DNA from: Elusimicrobiota bacterium
Lineage (GTDB): Bacteria; Elusimicrobiota; Elusimicrobia; JACQPE01
Direction of reading: 5' to 3'
NCBI GenBank assembly: GCA_042563375.1
Contig: JBHPMF010000003.1
Coordinates: 9,244 to 73,243 of the forward strand
Length of the DNA stretch: 64,000 bases
Within the stretch, counting starts at the first letter, position 1, and every line of letters begins with the position of its first letter. The position numbers and the translations under genes are program-made. This document shows, piece after piece, positions 1 to 9,124 of the stretch. Below the pieces are notes generated by a model. That model searched no databases. It worked only from the letters and a program-made list of their open reading frames with translations, and was not told where the DNA came from.

Positions 1-1
1 G

Positions 2-667
2 GTGCTTCATGCCTTACTGGTTCCTCTTTATCCGATTTTCAGGATATTTTTCTGGATGGTGGAAAAGGTGATGGGCGGGAAACCTTTGCAGACAGGCACG
101 CTGGCAAAAAGTTTCGCTTTGTCGTTTGAGGAACTCAGAGAGCTTATCAATGTGACGCGTACGGAGTCCGCGGGACTGTTCCCCATGATGTCAAAGTATC
201 TGCGCTTGGATGATGTGAATATGGAACACATTATGACTCCAAGGGCGCATGTGGGCACGATCGATTGTAAATACCTGGATTTCAGGACAAAAGATGTAGC
301 TGTCAGGGAAAAAGCCATATTCAACCTGATGACAGACGGACACAGCCGGACCATAGTTACGAAAAACGATCATCCGATCGGCTATATACACGCAAAGGAT
401 CTGTTCCGCAAGATCATCGGCAAGAACTTCAGGAGTATTTTTTCCGATATTTCACGCAAGCAGATGCGTCCTATTCCCGCCGTACACGCGGATCAGTCCG
501 CGGGCAAAGCCCTTAATATGTTTTTAAAGGAAGCTCCGATCGCTTATGTTGTGGACCAGGGTGAATGGGTGGGTATTGTTACCCTTGAGGATATCTTAGA
601 AGAGGTGACAGGAGAGATCCTGGATGAGTTTGAGACAAGGAAGAGGAAAAAAGGGGCGCTTATATGA
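2..667 (+). CDS. CNNM/CorC/TlyC-family protein, C-terminal part (CBS pair plus CorC_HlyC-like tail); 5' end lies outside the window
   Basis: The frame is open from the window edge. It has CBS-like segments and a C-terminal GIVTLEDILEEVTGEI motif typical of DUF21-CBS proteins. ATGA overlap with the next paralog. Confidence 0.7.
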   Translation: MLHALLVPLYPIFRIFFWMVEKVMGGKPLQTGTLAKSFALSFEELRELINVTRTESAGLFPMMSKYLRLDDVNMEHIMTPRAHVGTIDCKYLDFRTKDVAVREKAIFNLMTDGHSRTIVTKNDHPIGYIHAKDLFRKIIGKNFRSIFSDISRKQMRPIPAVHADQSAGKALNMFLKEAPIAYVVDQGEWVGIVTLEDILEEVTGEILDEFETRKRKKGALI

Positions 668-1656
668 TCCTCGAAGCATTAACTGTGGGGTCCTTGGCTG
701 GTTCATGCGCTGCCAGCGCCATGGAAACAGCGATCCTCTCGATGGGATTTGCCGAAGAAAAAAGGATGTTCAGTTCATTGGGCACAGGGAAGTTCACGGG
801 CGCGTTGGCGCGCGTATATTTGAGTTTTCTGGATGAATGGAAAAAGCATCCAGCGGCTTTTTTAACTTTGATACTGATAGCCAATACCGTGTTCAGTCTG
901 TTTTGGTGCACATTCGGCCTGTTTTTCTTGCCTGAGGCAAGATATTCTCCGCTCATCCTTGGCATCTTTCTGTTTTTGATAGGAGATCTGCTCCCCAAGA
1001 TCATGGCCAGGCGTTTTCCGGAAAATGTCTTATATGTGATGCTGCTGCCGTTCGGATTAAGTTTTAAGGCAACCCGCAGAGTTTTTATTCCGATAGGCGC
1101 GGTCCTTGAGCGCGTTACTCGTATCAAGATGCCGAGCATTCCTCATTATTTCAAGGAAAGCGAATTAAAAGCGCTTTTTCGGGATAAGGAACTTTCGCAC
1201 AGGATACGCCCGAGAGCGCGTGTAGTGCTTGAGGGGATGCTTGGTTTTTCCTCACGAAAAGCCAGGGACGCTATGAGGCCGGTCAAAGAGATCTTTTATA
1301 TGAATATCAATGATGATAATGAGGAGCAGTTGATAAAAAGGGCGATGTCCGTGCCGTATTCCAGGATTCCGGTGACAACGAGCAGCAGCATCGATGATAT
1401 AAAAGGCATCTTATACGTGAAAGACCTTTTATTCACCATTGCCACGAAAGACCTGGTAAGGATCGAGGATATAGTGCGGCCCCCGTTGATTTGCAGCGAG
1501 ACAGATAAGCTGGGCCGTTTGATGGATGAGTTCAGGAATACCGGCATCCATATAGCGATCGTTAAAGATAAGAACAGAAAGGTGACCGGCATGATATCTC
1601 TTGAGGATATCCTCGAAGAATTCATGGGTGAGATACATGATGAATTCACAAAATAG
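664..1656 (+). CDS. DUF21-CBS (CNNM/CorC/TlyC family) membrane protein
   Basis: Hydrophobic N-terminal about 130 aa, then a CBS pair and a C-terminal GMISLEDILEEFMGEI motif. It is a paralog of the upstream ORF. Confidence 0.75.
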   Translation: MILEALTVGSLAGSCAASAMETAILSMGFAEEKRMFSSLGTGKFTGALARVYLSFLDEWKKHPAAFLTLILIANTVFSLFWCTFGLFFLPEARYSPLILGIFLFLIGDLLPKIMARRFPENVLYVMLLPFGLSFKATRRVFIPIGAVLERVTRIKMPSIPHYFKESELKALFRDKELSHRIRPRARVVLEGMLGFSSRKARDAMRPVKEIFYMNINDDNEEQLIKRAMSVPYSRIPVTTSSSIDDIKGILYVKDLLFTIATKDLVRIEDIVRPPLICSETDKLGRLMDEFRNTGIHIAIVKDKNRKVTGMISLEDILEEFMGEIHDEFTK

Positions 1657-1699
1657 AGTTCAGTAAAAAGGTGTTCTTTATTTGTAATTCGGATTCCTT

Positions 1700-1731
1700 T
1701 CTGTCATTCCAGCCTTCACTGGAATGACAGA
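1700..1731. repeat. 13-bp perfect-stem hairpin (TCTGTCATTCCAG / CTGGAATGACAGA), REP-like; possible terminator
   Basis: The inverted repeat was read directly. There is no downstream T-tract. Related GTCATTCC/GTCATCCTGAAC words recur at about 20020, 32336, 58295 and 61095. Confidence 0.5.
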
Positions 1732-1834
1732 GAGACGCGAATAGTTGCCTGTATTTGCCGATCACTACGCTTTGATAACTTGGTTACTGCAAATGTTAAC
1801 ATAGTATTTACATTGGGCGGAAATAAATAGTTTT

Positions 1835-2458
1835 ATGTCATATTTTTCCACAAAAGCGATCACGCTCGGCTGGGAACCTTTTAATGAAACAGATGCCATG
1901 ATCCGCGTGCTGTCCAAAAATTTCGGTTTACTTGAGCTCAAGGCAAAAAGCATAAGGAAGGGAAGCGCAAGGCTTATGCCCCTTAAGGAGCCCGGCATGT
2001 TATGCGATTTCCTCTTGTACGGAGATCCCAGGGAGAACAGGATATTAAGTCTTTTAACCGGTGAGATAACAGAGGAGTTCGCTTCCATCAGGCAGGATTT
2101 TACGCGACTTAACAACTCGCTTTTGATCCTTTCGTTCGTCAGGGATTTTTCAACACCATTCGACACGCGATCCGAGGAAAAGTTCTCATCGTTACTGGCT
2201 GCGCTGGGCGCAATGCATTATGAAACTTGCCCGGCTAGATACGTATCCTTGTGGCTGAGGGCCAGAATCTTGAACTTGTCAGGATGGAGCCTTGCCAAAG
2301 AGCACGAGGTTTTTGCGCAGATCGAGGATGAGCTTGAGCCCGGGGAGACCTGCAGCATCGCAGATTTAAGCAGGACCGAATTCATATTGAAGAATGAGGC
2401 CGGGCGCATCAGGGCCGGGATAAACAAGGAAGTTTCGATCGGCAAGGCGGCAAGGTGA
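1835..2458 (+). CDS. recO: DNA repair protein RecO
   Basis: The size, the N-terminal OB-like segment (KAITLGWEPFNETDAMIRVLSKNFGLLELKAKSIRK) and the position directly upstream of and overlapping glyQ all fit RecO. Confidence 0.65.
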   Translation: MSYFSTKAITLGWEPFNETDAMIRVLSKNFGLLELKAKSIRKGSARLMPLKEPGMLCDFLLYGDPRENRILSLLTGEITEEFASIRQDFTRLNNSLLILSFVRDFSTPFDTRSEEKFSSLLAALGAMHYETCPARYVSLWLRARILNLSGWSLAKEHEVFAQIEDELEPGETCSIADLSRTEFILKNEAGRIRAGINKEVSIGKAAR

Positions 2459-3363
2459 TGCAAAAAAAACTTTATTTTGTGGATATGGTCAGACGCCTTG
2501 AGGATTTTTGGAGAAAGCGCGGTTTCCTGGTAGTATTCACGTGGGACATGCCAAAGGGCGCCGGCACTTCTTCTCCGTACACGTTTTTTTGGTCTTTGGG
2601 AGGCAAACCATGCAATGTGGCTTACCTTGAACCCTGCAGGCGCCCGGGAGATGGAAGGTATGGCGATTCTCCCAACAGATTGGGGCGTTTTTATCAATAT
2701 CAGGTGATAGCGAAACCCGCTCCGGGCGATATACGCGCGATCTACGAGAGTTCTTTGGAGAGCCTGGGATTATCCATCGGGGATCATGAGCTCAGGTATG
2801 TGGAAGATGACTGGGAGAGTCCTACTCTTGGGGCAAGCGGTATTGGATGGGAAGTATGGCTTGACGGTCTTGAGATCACCCAATTCACATATTTTCAGAA
2901 TTTTGCCGGCATGGAACTTGGACGCATACCTGTGGAGATCACTTATGGACTTGAAAGGATAGCCATGTATCTTCAGGGGGTTGACTCGATATTCGATATA
3001 GCGTGGGATCAGAATTATTTATATGGAGATGTTTTCCATAGGAATTATGAGCGCGAGTTCTCGCATTATCATTTCGAAGAGTATGACGCTGGACGTGGTT
3101 TTGCTCTTTTTGAGGAGACTTTGCGCGAAGCAAAACACCTGATCGAGCGCCGGCTTGTCCTGCCGGCGTATGAGTGCATTTTGAACCTTTCGCATATCTT
3201 CAACAGTCTTGACGCCAGAGGCGCCATCAGTATCGAGGAGCGAAACCGGCTGATCGCTGACACGAGAAATGTCGCCAAACAAGTCGCCAGAGTATATATA
3301 GAGAAGAATGATGAGCAGGCAGGCAGACAGCATACAGCAGGCAGCATACAGGGGAAAGAATGA
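2455..3363 (+). CDS. glyQ: Glycine--tRNA ligase alpha subunit
   Basis: FWRKRGF...CRRPGDGRYGDSPNRLGRFYQYQVIAKP and EITQFTYFQ motifs. An ATG at 2458 is an alternative start. Confidence 0.95.
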   Translation: MMQKKLYFVDMVRRLEDFWRKRGFLVVFTWDMPKGAGTSSPYTFFWSLGGKPCNVAYLEPCRRPGDGRYGDSPNRLGRFYQYQVIAKPAPGDIRAIYESSLESLGLSIGDHELRYVEDDWESPTLGASGIGWEVWLDGLEITQFTYFQNFAGMELGRIPVEITYGLERIAMYLQGVDSIFDIAWDQNYLYGDVFHRNYEREFSHYHFEEYDAGRGFALFEETLREAKHLIERRLVLPAYECILNLSHIFNSLDARGAISIEERNRLIADTRNVAKQVARVYIEKNDEQAGRQHTAGSIQGKE

Positions 3364-5477
3364 CGGATAAAGGCAAAAGCGTGACGGATTTTCTTTTGGA
3401 GCTTTATTGCGAGGATATACCGGGGCGTTTTCTTCAGGCGATAGAACAACATCTAACATCAAAGATGAGGTCCTTGATCGATCAGCACGGTTTGGGCAAA
3501 GTCGGCGTCAAGGTTGCGGCGACTCCCAGCAGGATAGTTGTTTACATAAAGGATATTCCCGAGAAAAAGCCTGCCCGGGAAAAGACTATTATCGGACCGC
3601 GTTCAGAGATGCTTTATGAGCCCGAGGGCTCGCTTAAGCCCCAAATAAAGGGTTTCGCGAAAGCCAAAGGAGTGGATGAGAGCGCCTTGTTCATACAGAA
3701 TACGCCTAAAGGCCCGTATGTCGCGGCTAAAATAGTGGTTCCTGAAGTAAAAGTCGATGAGATAATAAAAATCGAGATCCCAAAGATAATTTCCTCTATT
3801 TCTTTCCCAAAGACGATGCGCTGGGAGAGTTCCGGTTTCAGGTTCGCGCGGCCCATAAGGTCTGTGATAGCGCTCTGGGGGAAAAAGATCCTTCCATTGA
3901 AGATCGGCCCGATCCCCAAAGCATCGAACCGGACATTGATCGGCAGAAGCTCTGTAAAGGTGACAGGATCCGGTGATTATTTCAGAAAACTGTATCAATC
4001 TGGCGTTATCCTCGATTTCCAGGAGAGGAAGAAATCAATGCTAACGTCGCTTGCCAAGATCCTTTCCAAATCAGGTTTTAGGTGTTACGACGAGGCTGAC
4101 GCGTTCGATCCTGCATGCTATATGACCGAAAGTCCGAAAGTCCTTCTTGGAACATTTGAAAAACAATACCTTTCCATGCCTGTTGATATAGTGACCCATA
4201 TTCTCAGAAAGTCAACAGTGTTCAGTATAGTGGACAGGTCGCAATCGCTGATAAATCGTTTTGCAGTGGTAGCTGATATAGGAACAGCTTCTGAGCGCAA
4301 GGCCGGGCAGGTTCTGTGCGGTTACGAGGCATTGGTGCGCTCAAGGCTTTTTGACGCAAAATTTTTCTGGGAGCAGGACCGGAAAAACCCCATAGAACAT
4401 TACCGAGACAAGCTTAAGGGGATAATGTTCTCCAGGGAGCTTGGGAGCGTTTATGATAAGACAGAGAGGGTTAAGCTCGGTGTGAGCGCTTTAGCGTCCT
4501 TGATGGGGATATCAGATGATGAGCAGCAGCATTTGCAGCGCGCTGTGCTTTTGCATAAGGCGGATCTGGGGACTTCTCTTGTCGGGGAGTATCCCGATCT
4601 TGCGGGCAAAGCAGCTTCTCTTTACGCGGCGTCTTCGCAGGAACATAAGCGCGTATGCGCGATCATCGCTGATATGGCAAGATCCAGCTCAGGCGTCATG
4701 CCGCGAGATATATGCGCAAGAACGCTGATAATCGCTGACACCTTCGACACCTTGCTTGCGCATTTCGCTCTTGGCAATGTGCCCACGGCGACTGAAGACC
4801 CGATGGGACTTAAAAAAGCTTCGGATTTCCTCATAGAGATGATCATTGCCTCCAACTCCTCGGACATCTCGATAAAACAGGTTTGTGCCCTGCTTTGGGC
4901 GAATTTTTCAACAGACCTGCCTGATCCCGGGGAACAATTGCTCAGTTACCTAAAGGGAAGAGCAGCGCTTGTCTTTGAAAAACGCGGATTCAAGAACGAC
5001 GCCATAAAAGCCGTTATTGCGGCAAGTTTGTCAAAGGATCTTAATGTCATGAGGATACATGCGTGCCTTTCCGGATTTAAGAAGCTCAAGGGCGCAAGAT
5101 ACGAATCCCTTAAAACATTGGGCAATTTATTCAAGAGGACCAATAATATCCTGCGTCAAGCCGGAAAACTCGGGATATCATTGAACTCAGGCAAGAATGT
5201 GGATGTCGCCTTGTTCGAACTCAATGAAGAGCGCGAGATATTCGATCAGATAGAATCCACCAGAAAGACATTGCAGGCCAAACTTGCGAATCTTGATTAT
5301 CAGGCTGCATTCGAAGAGATGGCAGGGCTCGCAGGGCCTCTTGAGAAGTTTTTCAGCAGCGTGATGGTGATGGCTGAAAACGAGGCGGTCAAGGTTAATA
5401 GACTTTTATTGCTTGATAATCTGCGAAAACTCGTCCTGGAAGTGCTGGATCCCTCCAAGCTCATTATAGAGAAATAG
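3360..5477 (+). CDS. glyS: Glycine--tRNA ligase beta subunit
   Basis: 705 aa with ATGA overlap with glyQ. LLELYCEDIPGRF N-terminus and a typical GlyS length and layout. Confidence 0.9.
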   Translation: MTDKGKSVTDFLLELYCEDIPGRFLQAIEQHLTSKMRSLIDQHGLGKVGVKVAATPSRIVVYIKDIPEKKPAREKTIIGPRSEMLYEPEGSLKPQIKGFAKAKGVDESALFIQNTPKGPYVAAKIVVPEVKVDEIIKIEIPKIISSISFPKTMRWESSGFRFARPIRSVIALWGKKILPLKIGPIPKASNRTLIGRSSVKVTGSGDYFRKLYQSGVILDFQERKKSMLTSLAKILSKSGFRCYDEADAFDPACYMTESPKVLLGTFEKQYLSMPVDIVTHILRKSTVFSIVDRSQSLINRFAVVADIGTASERKAGQVLCGYEALVRSRLFDAKFFWEQDRKNPIEHYRDKLKGIMFSRELGSVYDKTERVKLGVSALASLMGISDDEQQHLQRAVLLHKADLGTSLVGEYPDLAGKAASLYAASSQEHKRVCAIIADMARSSSGVMPRDICARTLIIADTFDTLLAHFALGNVPTATEDPMGLKKASDFLIEMIIASNSSDISIKQVCALLWANFSTDLPDPGEQLLSYLKGRAALVFEKRGFKNDAIKAVIAASLSKDLNVMRIHACLSGFKKLKGARYESLKTLGNLFKRTNNILRQAGKLGISLNSGKNVDVALFELNEEREIFDQIESTRKTLQAKLANLDYQAAFEEMAGLAGPLEKFFSSVMVMAENEAVKVNRLLLLDNLRKLVLEVLDPSKLIIEK

Positions 5478-5478
5478 T

Positions 5479-5565
5479 AAGAAGTAAAAAGTTAGAAGTT
5501 TTAACAGTGGAATTTCTTTATTCTCTATATTTCTACTTCTAGCTTCTAACTTCCAACTTCTTACT
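5479..5565. terminator. Imperfect long inverted repeat between convergent glyS and the transporter gene (bidirectional terminator candidate)
   Basis: GTAAGAAGTAAAAAGTTAGAAGTT pairs with AGCTTCTAACTTCCAACTTCTTAC. The right arm encodes the last codons (KKLEVRS*) of the minus-strand gene. Confidence 0.5.
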
Positions 5566-6777
5566 TTCTTTTGTTAATGGTATTGCCAACCCTGCCCATC
5601 CAACAGTTGAGACCAGGGCCACTATCGGATAGGCTAGGATCGAGATCGATCCTAATGCAAGCGTGAATCCTGAGACAACAGCGCCCACAGCGCCTGATGA
5701 GAAGCGGTACATAAAAGCGTCTATCACTATTTTCGCCCTGTATCGCGCGTCGTAAGACAATGGAATGTAGAGGATCTCCTTGCTTGCCCGGAAGATCGAA
5801 TAATCAAGGCTCTTGAATATCAGCAATGAAGACGCTGCGACAAAGAGAACAGGATGGATAAGCATTGCAATGCACGCTGCCAAGTGAATTAAGGGCAATC
5901 CTATGTGTATCCATCGCAAAGGGAATATTCTTAATGCTATTGGTGCCCCGATAAGCTGCAAAAGAAACGCGCTGCCGTTTGTGTATGACCAGAACGCTCC
6001 AAGATATGCTGTTCTGGCATCCTTTGTGGCAATAGAGAGTTCAAGCAGTCCGTAGAATTTCAGGGTAAACATTGTGGCTATGATCTGAGTAATGCCTATG
6101 ATGATCGCAAGAAATAAGAGCACTCTGGTTTTTTTAAACAGAGAAAGATTGATATGTCCTTGCAATCCGCCTTGTTCGTCAGGGGACGGCTGCGGCTCGC
6201 CCACTAGGGCATATGCGGTATATGAGAGTATCGCGGCAGGAATAAGGGCTCCTGCTGCGAATAAAAGCAGCTGTTCTGTGCCGATCGATTCAGCGAGCTT
6301 ATGCACCAGATATCCCGCTAATATGGGCCCTAAAGAGGCTGCGCTTGTGATCGGGCCGTTATAGAGTTTTGCTTGATCGGACTTTAGAGTGCTGTTGATA
6401 AGGGACCAGTATTGTTCAATGATGAGCACTATGTAGATCTGTCTGTATATATAAAGGATAGCGGTGGCTGCTCTGTATTCCTGGATTATCAGCATGTAGC
6501 ACGCAAGGAACATACATGCGGAAAACAGGGAAGTAGCCAAAAGAGTGTACATGGCCCCAAATTTTGAAAGCATGCGTCCGTATATGTAAATATAAAGGGC
6601 CAGTACAGGCGGCATGGCTGCCATAACATAAGGCACATTGGCTGATCCGTAAGCATTGATGAAAAGCGAGGATGAGACGCTCCTTACGAATTCATATCCT
6701 CCGACCAGGAATGTGCCTGCCATGGCCAGCGAAGCTATCGCAAGGATGGTTTTTTTGTTGGCTGCGGCGTTGGTCAT
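5539..6777 (-). CDS. Polytopic membrane transporter, MFS-like; possibly Npt/AAA-family nucleotide transporter-like
   Basis: About 11-12 hydrophobic segments. The N-terminal pattern GYEFVRSVSSSLF...G..NVPYV...YIYGRMLSKFG resembles MFS/TLC-type carriers. Family assignment is weak. Confidence 0.5.
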   Translation of the reverse strand: MTNAAANKKTILAIASLAMAGTFLVGGYEFVRSVSSSLFINAYGSANVPYVMAAMPPVLALYIYIYGRMLSKFGAMYTLLATSLFSACMFLACYMLIIQEYRAATAILYIYRQIYIVLIIEQYWSLINSTLKSDQAKLYNGPITSAASLGPILAGYLVHKLAESIGTEQLLLFAAGALIPAAILSYTAYALVGEPQPSPDEQGGLQGHINLSLFKKTRVLLFLAIIIGITQIIATMFTLKFYGLLELSIATKDARTAYLGAFWSYTNGSAFLLQLIGAPIALRIFPLRWIHIGLPLIHLAACIAMLIHPVLFVAASSLLIFKSLDYSIFRASKEILYIPLSYDARYRAKIVIDAFMYRFSSGAVGAVVSGFTLALGSISILAYPIVALVSTVGWAGLAIPLTKESKKLEVRS

Positions 6778-7050
6778 TGGCTAAGTATATATAAAGTAAC
6801 TAGTTTTCATTGGCCGGAGTTCAACGATCAATAAAAAAGGATGTCTTAATGTCCGATTCCTCTTTATACTGAACTCTTATCCGGGATTTGGTCTATTTGC
6901 TCAATTTCAGGGGAATGCCGCGGGGTCACGTCTTTACATTTAACTTTTCGGATAAGGTTTTTTGCAGGTCATCATATTTTTTTCGCGCAAGGCCCTACGG
7001 CCGCTCATTAATGCGGTGAGCGGAGTCGAACCATAGGGGATGCGTTTTGA

Positions 7051-8166
7051 TCAATTACTGAGTTTCATCAGTAACAGCACGTAGTATCCCAGGTCCACGG
7101 TAAGCCATGCCAAGAACACAAAATCAAGGAATATAAAGAATACGGTTGAAAGATGGTCGCGCAGATTACTGTAGATCGTGTCCACGGTTTCAAGTCTCGC
7201 GCGAGCCGCTTGCAAAAGCTCGTCTGTTTCAAAAGTAGACAGGATCTCCTTATGGACGCTGCGCAAATGCCAGTCAGAGTCGATTTCCGGGATATCTCCC
7301 CCGGGTACAGATGTGCTGTAGAGACTTTCGGTGAGAGCGATCTTTGCTTTAGAAAATTCGGTTTGCTCAGAGGACAATCTCTGATAGGCTTTCGGGATTT
7401 TCCAGAAGTATTTGAATGGGGGCTGTTCGTTGAGCACCCGTTGCGCTCTGAGCAATGAGCGCTCCAGAAAGAAATTAGAGGATTTAAGATTATAGAACTG
7501 GGCCAGGGCCAGTGATATAAGGTCTTTTAATATGGCATCTTCCTTTGAATATATTATCGCGCCAAACCGCTTGATCAAAATCGCTTCCTTGTCATAATAT
7601 CCGATGTTTTTTAATGATTCCTGTTTTAGCGCATAATCACTGAGTTCATTAAAAGAGGGTTCACCGGTTACTATGCCAAAAAGAGTTTTATAGTTTTTCC
7701 TGATGAATGTCGACGCGTCTATCTTTTCCTGCTCATATGGTATCGAGAACAATCTGAATATCTCGTCGCTTCCTTCAAGCCTGTCAGCGTAGATGAAGCT
7801 TGCGAACGCCTTTGTTCTGGCTATGACGGCTTCAGCTTCGTTTCTTAGGTATATCGGAAGAGTGTAACGGTCTAATCTTATATTTTCAGCATTTATTGAA
7901 AGGTCACATGCGCTGCCAAGAGTTCCCTTGAAATTAAAACTGATTTTGATCATGCCCACTCCGAAAGCATAAACAAATGCGGATATTGACGCAGGCCCCA
8001 GGTTCTGCCCCTTGTACAGCACGTGGGCCGCGTCTTGTTTATTGGCGATCTCCCTGCCGTATCTTGGAAGCTTGTCCGGAAGTTTAAGTTCCATGCCAAG
8101 GTCAAAAGGATATAAATAACAGATTGATAGGTCGGTTAAAGCATTGGTTTTTTTATCTCCGGTCAT
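7051..8166 (-). CDS. Hypothetical protein with a C-terminal TM anchor (weak DUF155/RMD1-like resemblance)
   Basis: 371-aa ORF. Its start codon shares one base (8166) with the stop codon of the upstream lipoprotein gene. Single C-terminal hydrophobic helix (FIFLDFVFLAWLTVDLGYYVLLL). Confidence 0.55.
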   Translation of the reverse strand: MTGDKKTNALTDLSICYLYPFDLGMELKLPDKLPRYGREIANKQDAAHVLYKGQNLGPASISAFVYAFGVGMIKISFNFKGTLGSACDLSINAENIRLDRYTLPIYLRNEAEAVIARTKAFASFIYADRLEGSDEIFRLFSIPYEQEKIDASTFIRKNYKTLFGIVTGEPSFNELSDYALKQESLKNIGYYDKEAILIKRFGAIIYSKEDAILKDLISLALAQFYNLKSSNFFLERSLLRAQRVLNEQPPFKYFWKIPKAYQRLSSEQTEFSKAKIALTESLYSTSVPGGDIPEIDSDWHLRSVHKEILSTFETDELLQAARARLETVDTIYSNLRDHLSTVFFIFLDFVFLAWLTVDLGYYVLLLMKLSN

Positions 8167-8981
8167 TATTTTTGTTCCTGGTTAATCGGCACAAGTTCAA
8201 AAGAATTTTCCTTTTTTGCCAGCATCGCGTATTTCCCCGGACCGATCGATGTCAGGGAGATAGGGTGACCCGCATCCTTGCTCAGCTTTATCCTGGAGCT
8301 TTGCGCGCCTGTGCTTAGTATATTGAAAATCGCGTCATAGCCGCCAGGATGCCTCAGCAGCAGCGCGTCGCTTCCCCATCCGCAGGCCAGGGCCAGGCTT
8401 TCGTCATCATCGTAGGCATTATCCCTTATGCCTATCTTCATGGAAGGCAAACTGGATAAATTCCTGTTATCAAGCAATACTGCGGGGAATGCGGCATTAT
8501 TTTCAAAAAACCACATATATATGCCGTCCCAACAGCTCAGGGTCCCTGCCTTGCGCTCAAATGCGTAATTAAGTCTTGTCACGTTTTTGGTGTTATTCGC
8601 GGATCCTGGGTCGAACTCAACCAGGAACAGGTCTTCCGCGTCAGTCTCAACCGCAATAAGGTTTTTGTCGATCGCTGCTACATGTATAGGCCTGCGGTCT
8701 TCCATTTTGATCCACAGCGTGTTTATTTCGGAATCCTGTGATCGCGCGTCAAGAACCAGGATACCCGAGCCTGTCCAGTCTGCAATATAAATGTATCTGC
8801 CGTCATATGTGATGCTTGACGGGTCTTTAAGGGTATGAGGGGGAATTTCAGGCAGGATTATGCCGGGTTTGGGGTTTTCGCATGAACATAACCAAAAAAT
8901 AAGGATCCCAAAGAGAAAAGGCAAATGGCGGAAGGCGGAAGGCGGAAGGCGAGAAAGAATTGTCTTTCTCTGTGTCTGCAT
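8166..8981 (-). CDS. Putative lipoprotein, beta-propeller-like
   Basis: Signal peptide ending in the lipobox-like WLCSC. The n-region is encoded by the tandem GGCGGAAG x3 block at 8927-8953. Confidence 0.55.
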   Translation of the reverse strand: MQTQRKTILSRLPPSAFRHLPFLFGILIFWLCSCENPKPGIILPEIPPHTLKDPSSITYDGRYIYIADWTGSGILVLDARSQDSEINTLWIKMEDRRPIHVAAIDKNLIAVETDAEDLFLVEFDPGSANNTKNVTRLNYAFERKAGTLSCWDGIYMWFFENNAAFPAVLLDNRNLSSLPSMKIGIRDNAYDDDESLALACGWGSDALLLRHPGGYDAIFNILSTGAQSSRIKLSKDAGHPISLTSIGPGKYAMLAKKENSFELVPINQEQK

Positions 8982-9002
8982 TTACTGTCTACCTTTATAT
9001 CT

Positions 9003-9124
9003 GGATCCCGGATCAAGTCCGGGATGAATATAATACGTCTCCGGCCCTTCGACTTCGCTCAGGACAGTTCCTTCTTTATGTGGTGAGCGGAGTCGAACCA
9101 TAGGGGACGCACTATATTCATTTT
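9003..9124 (+). repeat. D-type bipartite hairpin element (copy D1) carrying a nested E element at 9043-9101
   Basis: GGATCCCGGATCAAGTCCGGGATGAATATAATACGTCTCC ... AGGGGACGCACTATATTCATTTT. The TGA stop of the 9118..10449 gene lies inside the element end. Confidence 0.8.

Noticed and set aside
1657-2458. T-box or other leader controlling glyQS
   Set aside because: recO overlaps the glyQ start directly, so there is no leader space. The 1657-1834 region holds only a REP-like hairpin.
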